A stretch of 60,491 nt of DNA, filler included, from Ionaspis alba (Eukaryota), in assembly GCA_964255285.1 (NCBI GenBank). It is 11 parts of 11 records of this genome, joined end to end, with 100 filler letters (N's around TTAATTAATTAA, not from the genome) between each part and the next. Parts side by side here need not be neighbours in the genome. Positions count along the whole stretch, not along the records: positions 49,693 to 55,051 come from CAXUUL010001019.1; positions 55,152 to 60,491 come from CAXUUL010001020.1; 9 more parts are not named here. The stretch is one strand, 5' to 3'. Positions 52,816 through 60,491 of the stretch are shown here, piece by piece. The notes under the pieces are model-generated. The model ran no database searches. It was not told where the DNA came from and worked only from the letters and a program-made list of their open reading frames with translations. Made by a program: the position numbers and the translations under genes. Within the stretch, counting starts at the first letter, position 1. Every line of letters starts with the position of its first letter.

Positions 52816-55051
52816 ATGGAGGACCCCAAATTTATATCTAGAGATGCCTCATCCACTCCCGGTGATCATGATTCTCTTGAAAGACTTACTTCCGGCTCCA
52901 CAAAGTCAAGCTCCACTCCATCAAGATCATCCACTTCCATAACGGGTGATGAAGCCACTGGAGACACGAGTTCACCAGACCTCGAGCGAATCCTCTCTAA
53001 ACTGACCATTCACGACGAATATAAGGAACATATGTTTCGATCTTTAGCGACCGTCTTCCGAAGCGTACAGCAAGAGAGGCTTGTTGACCTAAGCGATGTC
53101 GGCGCGAATAGTGTCTGGGCCTGTCTGCAGCGCGCTGATACTGCAAGCCAGCGTGGCATTCGAGACGTCGAAGCTCTCAGGAAGATCAGGACTGTGTTGG
53201 ATGAGATGTTGTGGAATGACTCACGACTGTTGGTTGCGGCTGCAAAGACATTGGCAGACGGAAGCAGAGATGGTAAGATCTTAGTGAACTATTGATCCCT
53301 CACATTACCGAAACAAGCTTCTCTGATCGTTTCATAGCTACATGGCGCCAGCCGTTTGGTGAAGCAGGTATCCTGGACTTTTTCCTGGCTTTGCTGGCGA
53401 CAGAAAATGTCCCAGAAGATCTCCTAATTCAAGTGCTACGTTTAATAGGCAATACTTGCGGAGACAATGGTGAGAGAACTCCAATGAGCACGCTTCTGTC
53501 CCACCCACTGATCATCGATTATTCAGATGATAATCGGCAACGAGTTCTTATACATAACCACCTTCAGTTCATTATTCGATTGCTAGGAAATTCTCGTTTG
53601 GCGCCTTTGGTTATTTCTGTGATATACAATATATGCTCTGAGTATGGTAAGTGCAATCTTACGAGGCAACACTGACGCTGCTAATGATTTCAGATCCTGC
53701 GCAAACTCTCGCCAAGGCGGACGGTCTTATCCCTTCTCTCGTAAGAGTCCTTCAAATCGAGTCGCTCGACTCAGCTCCTTTCCTCAGCCACTTTTGCCGG
53801 CTGCTCGATCTGTTTTCAGAAAATTGTGCGTCAAGTCCTGGCATTTTCCATCGACTAAATTGTGCGCTGACAATTTCTCAAGTGGACGTCGCAGAAGAGT
53901 CTCCAGATGAAACTGTGGAGGTATTTTTAGAGGCGGCCTCTACTCCAGACATCGATATCGATGATTGTGTTTCGTTGGTCGATGCGGCTGTCGCACATCT
54001 CAAGCTTGAATCGTTCCAACGACATATGGTTGTGGACGGCCTCGTGGATGTTCCACTCAAGCTTCTCTTCCATTCCTATACACCACAGCAGGCTCCAGCG
54101 GATGCTCCCGCCTCCGCTTCCGGTGTTGCATCACCTCGACTGCGAGATGCAGAGGAAGAAGAACAAGTTTCAACAATGCGACGATCCATCATCCAAGCGC
54201 TCTCGGATATATCCGCACTCCCTGAATATAGTCAACGTTATGCTGCCATGGACTCGACCCATACAGATGTGCTGCGGCGATGGCTGGCCGCACCACATGC
54301 ACAAATTCAACTCTGCGCTTGCATTATGCTTGGAAACCTTGCTCGTTCCGATGAGACGTGTCAAGCACTGGTGTCTCGGTTTCAGATTCACAAGGATCTC
54401 ATCAACATTCTGAAGGCGAATGCTGATACGCAGGTCCTTTTTTCCACACTTGGATTTCTACGCAATCTAGGATTGCCAGCGGAGAACAAGAGGATTCTTG
54501 GGGAAGCTGATGTGATCGCCACAGCATCAAGATTTTTGACTACCGATGTGCTGCCTCATCTCGCACACACAGCGGTCGGCCTGGTCCGCCAGGTAATCAA
54601 TGGTGCATTACCCAATCTCTGGAAGCTCCTGGCCTCTCTTTCCTCAGACGAAGAATCTCCCGCGCACTCCAAGACCTATCTGTCATTAATGCTCTTGCTT
54701 TTCGACAAGTCGGATGATGCAACAATCAAAGTCGAAGTTGCCCGTACTGTCGCTGCAATACTTCGATGCATTAACTCCACGGGTCAACAAGACCAAGGGA
54801 GTGTGGAAATGTTGCTAGATCGCTTGTTTTCCTGGCATCATGACATTGCCAAGCCCTTGGCAATGGTGGTCTCCCAAAGCCGTTGGCCGATTATCCGCTC
54901 CGAGGGATGGTTCGCAATGGCTCTTATGGCACGAACAGCCGGTGGTACTGCAGCCATTGATTCCGTTCTTCAAGAAGTAGAAGTCTTTGGCGTTCTAGAG
55001 GCGACAATTAGAGGCGAAGTGGATGTTGCGGCTGGCCGCCAGAATCCGAAT
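52816..55051 (+). CDS. Armadillo-repeat SmgGDS/RAP1GDS1-like protein, multi-exon, 3'-truncated
   Basis: LADGSRD|..WRQPFG...LRLIGNTCGDN..NR, ACIMLGNLARSD and LGFLRNL ARM motifs. Confidence 0.8.
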
Positions 55052-55151
55052 NNNNNNNNNNNNNNNNNNNNNNNNNNNNNNNNNNNNNNNNNNNNTTAAT
55101 TAATTAANNNNNNNNNNNNNNNNNNNNNNNNNNNNNNNNNNNNNNNNNNNN

Positions 55152-57636
55152 CCCTTCTCCCGCACTCCCACCCGTCGCACCCGGCCGCAGACTCCACGTC
55201 TCAGTCCTCGTGCCCACAACCAACGCTCCACTCCCCAAACTGACCATCGTCCCATCAACCGTGACCGCCGGTCCCCCAGGCACAAGCGTCTTCCCTCCAA
55301 CAACGACATCCGAACTCCCCACCGAGAACGTCTCTGTTCCAACTGTAAACACAGCCGGCGCGGTAGCAGCAGGCGCCGGGGCAGGGGTAATAGTCTCCGA
55401 CCCCACAACCACCCCTCCACTCGGTAGTGCCGAAACCAACGTCCCGGCTATCGTAACGCCCGGCCCCCCAGGCATGAGCGTCGTGCCTGCTACCACGACC
55501 GCCGATCCGCCCACAGGCGTAACGGGTTGACCGCCAACTGTCGCGATCGGCGCGGATGGGAGGGGCGTAGCGACCAGCGGGACGGTGCTCGAGCCCGCGA
55601 GGACGAGGCCACCCGGACCGAGCGATACAGGCGTTCCCGAAATGGTGGCACCGGGTCCGTTGAGTGAGAGCGTCGTGCCGGCTATGACTGCGGCGGTGGA
55701 CCCGAGAGGTGTGATTGCCTGACCCGCGACTGTAGCTAGCGGGAGAGGAAGGACGGGGACTGCTGCTGCGGGTGCGGGTGTGGGGAGCGGGATGGTCGTG
55801 CTGGGGAGGACTAATCCCCCCGGAGCGAGCGAAATCGGGGTCCCGGAAATAGTGGCGCCGGGTCCGTTGGCGCTGAGTGTGGTCCCGGCTACCACGACCG
55901 CGGACGGACCAGCGGGCGTGATCGGATGCCCTGCTACGGTTGCTAGGGGTGTAGGTGCAGCGACGGGTGCTGGGGCGGCGAGGGGGATGGTGCTGGTGCC
56001 GAGGACCAGACCGGCGCTGTTGAGCGAGATGGGGGTGTTGCCGATTGTGGCCGCGGGGGCATTGTAGGCGATTGTTTGTGTGCCGAAGGCGATGCCGGAG
56101 GGGACGTGGGTGGCTGTTAGGCTGCCGATTATGATTGGAGCGGGGGCGGGTACGAGAGGGTTATTGGATGCGGGTTTGGTTTGGGCGGGATCGGGTGCTG
56201 GAGTGGCGGAGCTGCCGGCGTTTGGATCGGCTGGGTTGGCGGGCTGGGGTGCTGGTGCTGGTGGGTTGGCAGAGTTGGCGGGAGAGTTTGGAGCGGGATT
56301 TGGTTGGGCGGGTGCTGGTGCTGAACTGGCGGCTGCGGGGTCTTTCAGCGTGTAGGTACTTGGGTCTGCCCCTAAACTAAAAGGTCTTGATGCTGGAGGT
56401 GGGTTTGGCGCAGGCGTTTGCGGTGCAGGTGCAGGTGCTGAAGGAGTGGCAGGTGCCATATCAGTCGCCTTCGTGTGCATTATCCCAGAATTGGCAGGAT
56501 CGGCACCTGTTGCCACAGGCAAGCTCTGCCCAGCTGGACTTGGTGCAGGTGTTGGAGAAGTGATAGCATGTGCTGAGGTTGGTCCTGGGTCTAAGCCAGG
56601 TCCTGCTTTCGTCAAAGCGTATGGTGGGTCCCAAACTCCGGTATGTACGAGCGAACATGTGGACCATTCGGGTTGCAACTTGCCGATGGTGGAGGGAAAC
56701 ACGATTTTGACTTGGCAGGGATTCCACACGGCAGGGACGCCGTCGACTGTGCTGTAGATGTGAGTGCTGTGGCAGTTGGGACCCCAGCCGCGGAAGTCGA
56801 TGGGGAAAGAGGCGACTGTGTCGTCGATGGAGACGGCCTGTCGGAGGGAAAGGACTTCATTCGGTGGGAAGCCGAGGGTTGTTTTGGTGATGGTTGTGCC
56901 TACGCCCGATTTGCAAAGGGCGGCTTCACCTTCGAGGTTGGTAAAGGCGATGTAGACGGATGGGGAAATGCTTGCAGAAAGGGTTGTTAGCCGGATGGTA
57001 TAAGAAAAGAGAGGGGAAGGCCGCCCACAAGGTATATCCTGTGTCATCAACAATTTTTGTTATCTTCGGATCAGGTGCAGGTGTAGGCCAGTAGATAACG
57101 CGTGCAACGCCCGCTACAATTTCGCAGCTTGGACAGCACGGTGCAGATGCTGAGCCTGAAAAGGTCGAGGAATAGACTTCCACTACGGTCGAGGTTCGTG
57201 ACGGTACTGTGGTTGTGGCAGTGAAGTGTAGAGAATTTCCGACGATGGTGAAAGTGCCCTGTACCATGGAGTCCCAATGCTCGGTGAGGGTCTGCGTTAC
57301 GACTGGATTGGGAGTTCGCAGCCAGTCGCTGTATTGGGCCACTTGCTGAGCCATACAGGAGCTGGAGAGGGCGGCGGGGAATGTGGAGAAGATGTTGCCG
57401 ACATCGAGGAGGTATCGCGATGAGACTGAGCCATTATTATTTGTTGGTGGTGCGGTTCCAGAGGGAAGTGGTAAAGGTGTTGCAGCTAGAGATCTATGTC
57501 AATTCATGCTGGTGAGGGAGAGAAGAAGAAGGTTGCCGTGCATACTGTATGATTGATTGAGGTAAGAAATCGCGTAAGTCGGGGTAATAATGGAGAGCGC
57601 AAATGCGACTCTTGCGATGCAAAGAAAACGGCGCAT
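55152..57636 (-). CDS. Secreted Cys-domain + Pro/Ala linker + beta-rich Gly/Thr repeat cell-surface protein, 3'-truncated
   Basis: Signal peptide MRRFLCIARVAFALSIITPTYA, a Cys-rich domain (CCPSC...VIYWP...SPSVYIAF...PEWSTC...GVWDPPYAL) and about 5 repeats of TVAGxxIT...VVAGTTL...GPGATISGTPISL...GLV. Confidence 0.75.
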
Positions 57637-58348
57637 CTTTTGATCAATATAGCGACAGTATATGCAACAGAGACATGCGACAAACGAAAATAAGAAAACT
57701 GCAAGAGCACTGCAAGTCTCTGCCAACCGGTTTACAAACAATGTACAGAAGTGAGAAGAAGAGAACTGACATTGGACATCTTACACCACTCAGCACTTGG
57801 TAGAGGACGCTGGCTGCTGTGCCTGAGCCTGGAATCCAGGTACATGGTCCCACAGCATGTCTCTTGTTTCCCCAGTCATCCAATGATCAAGGCCGCCCTA
57901 TCCCATCATGTTGGACAAAAGCGGGGACGAGCGAGGTGCAGAGTGGGCGCAAGCATCGCCACACTCTTTACTTAAAATAATGCCTGTAAGCACGAATGGT
58001 AATTTGAAGTCGGTAAGGCTCTTCACCGGCTTTCCGTTAGTTGGATCAACGGGCGTGTGCAGTAGCTCATCAATGACGATACTCTATTCGGTCCGCTTGA
58101 GAACTCGGCATTTTGGCTGAAACATGGCTTCTAGGATCTTCATAAGGACGACCATCAAAAATTAGTACATAGACTGGTTCAAGCTCGTGTGATTGCCAAG
58201 ATAATATTCCAGTATAGCCCATAGATAACGAAGAAATAACCATGACGCTGAACACTGAATGCAAATGCTGTCCCAAAAATGCCCCAAAAACGCTCTAATA
58301 AAATATGGACACGAAAAGCACAACAGCAATCAACCCTATCAACCGCCC

Positions 58349-59734
58349 CTACCCCCTAGCCTGAAAAACCCTAAAACCCCCAAACTCCCAATACGCCTGC
58401 TCAAAAGCCGACGAATTCGTCGCTACCAGATCCGTACAAACCCCCGGACACTGATCCAACGTGCTGTATACACTCTCCGCACCCGCCCACGAGCCACAGA
58501 GATCGATATTGGCAATGATGCTCATGTTCGAGAAGTGAGATCCGATGTCGCAGTCCGTGCTGGGGAAGTCGGCGAGCGGAGTACCCCAGGAGGAGGGATC
58601 GGGACGAGTGGATGTGTTGCTGAGGTCGGAAGGGATCCAGGAACGTGGAAAGAACCAGGTGCGGATGCCGTCGGCGCGGAGTTCCATTGCGTAGACCTGT
58701 GAGTGGGGTTAGTAGCGAGCTGGGAGATGGGAGGTCCAGGAGGACTTACACCTCCACCGTTGGCGTTGAGGGTCGGCCCGTACGAATCGACTGGCCCTTG
58801 CACTCCACAGCCTGCGTTGTTGTCGGTACTGTTGAGACAGTTCGTGGTCAATGCCGTGCCTGTCTCTTGCCTCTTCACGTTCATGCTGCAGCCGTCGCTG
58901 GTGTGCAGAGTCATCTGATTGCCTGAGGTTGCTTGGTTCACAGCTTCGACGACGTCAATCTCTCCGTGTCTATCAGGGACATTAGTATCAGCACCTGGGC
59001 AGCGCACCCTGATGAAGTGAAGGACTCACTGTGGCCAATTTGCAGGATCCGTCAGCCATAGTGCTGGCCAGGTTCCGCAACCGTAGGGAGTGTGTAGGAT
59101 GTCGAAGACGAACAGTCCGCTGTTGTATTGTTTTTTGGATTCGATACGGACTGACCTTCGACCCGTCACGGCATTCTGATCCGAGGTATCGACCTTGAGG
59201 ATGGCAGAGGTGGATGTGGTGGATGTAAGGTTGAGGGATTGAGATCCGGGTTGGTCAACATAGCTAGATGGTTGGTCTGTAAGTCTTTTGCGTTGCGAGT
59301 ATCAGAGTATGGAGGACTTCTACTGTACAAATCCTTGGCTTGGATCATATCCTGTGAAGTAGTTGAAATTGTCAAAGAACGAAGATCCTTGAACTGATGT
59401 ACCTTTTCAGCAATCCACAAGTCTACCCAAGAGATTATGCTCGCTACTCACAAGTATCTTGAAGCTGGTAGTTGAGCTTGCTGTAAGCTGGATAGCGATT
59501 CATTCTCGATCCTACCACAGCCCCGACTATTATGATGATCAAAAGAACGACAAGTCCCCCAGCAACCCCGATCTTCGTCTTCGGTCCCCAGATACGTGGA
59601 TGCCATGCAGGAGCTTTTGAAGCCTTTTCCAGGGTATAGGGAGGAGGTGGACCATTCACGAGATTGATGTTGCTGTCGAAGCGGCCATATGGTTGATATG
59701 GTTGCTGTCGACTTGTAGGAGAGGTGTATGGCAT
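58349..59734 (-). CDS. GH16 endo-1,3(4)-beta-glucanase with N-terminal TM anchor; multi-exon
   Basis: [17 protein letters not shown], catalytic GEIDVVE, QMTLHT and [10 protein letters not shown]. Confidence 0.92.
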
Positions 59735-60491
59735 GACTAGAGGAGAAAATGTAGGAGAGGAAAGTAGAGAACTGGTCAGTAGCTATCTGAGGAGAGATAG
59801 CTTGTAATGAGAAGTAGAAAGAGAGGCTGGCGAAAATTGCCTGGTATACTTCTTCAAATGAGAGAAATGGAAACGTGAGAAGGAACAAGAAGATATGGAA
59901 AAGGTCTTGGTCCTGCGGAGCATAAGACTGATCTTTAATCAGCATCAACAATCAATCGGTGGATCCATCCATCAGGCATTGTTTTGGATGTGGGTCATGC
60001 ATTTGATCAATGAACATGCCTTATGACGAATCGCAACGAACTGTGAGATAGGGTCCGAAGAATTTCTGCGGCGACACGCGTTTCGTTCGCTTAGCTATAA
60101 ATACATAAAAGTAACGTGACTTCCGGTCTCTCTCCTGATATTTGGAAACTGTCTATTTCATATGACTGCCATCCTCCGAAATGAACTGGTGCCATGCGCA
60201 GAAAGTCGACTGATTTGACCAAAATCAGGATTACAGAATTCTATATTACAAGATTGTATATATAACCTCATCCCATATTGCCCACAAACCAACCATCGCC
60301 ATTCATGACTTTTCCATCCATGCATTCCCGTATCGCTCATACGCCACCATATCCCAATTTATATATATACAAATCCCACCTATCCACATTACTACCCCCA
60401 AACCACATAAACTGCAGCCACCACGCCACCAAGCCAACCCCACGATCCGCTTACCCTCGTTCCCAGCCCCCTAAAGACATCAACCCCCGTC

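Overview
Filamentous ascomycete (Pezizomycotina, plausibly a lichen-forming Lecanoromycete; taxonomy is inference) genomic DNA. The window is not contiguous: 11 unlinked scaffolds of about 5.3-5.45 kb, sorted by decreasing length, are joined by 100-nt N44-TTAATTAATTAA-N44 linkers. It holds about 24 mostly intron-containing protein genes: NOC3, a PARN/CAF1 nuclease, a MEIOB-like OB-fold protein, INO1, DBP2, a ThiD kinase, serine O-succinyltransferase, a MARVEL protein, DUF4336, FAT1, cutinase, SOM1, a GT2, an RQT4-like zinc finger, a GIN4-like kinase, an F-box protein, SLC1, BEM46, PRE3, a PCL cyclin, an OXLD1-like protein, a SmgGDS-like ARM protein, a secreted repeat protein and a GH16 glucanase. 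The main unannotated signals are non-coding. First, a ~2.0 kb intergenic RNA at ~50305-52325 (+) has an ACCCUAAC template, nested long-range helices and a CR4/5-like arm, which fits a telomerase RNA gene. Second, two DBP2 introns fold into extensive structures. All base pairings were found by eye, not computed.
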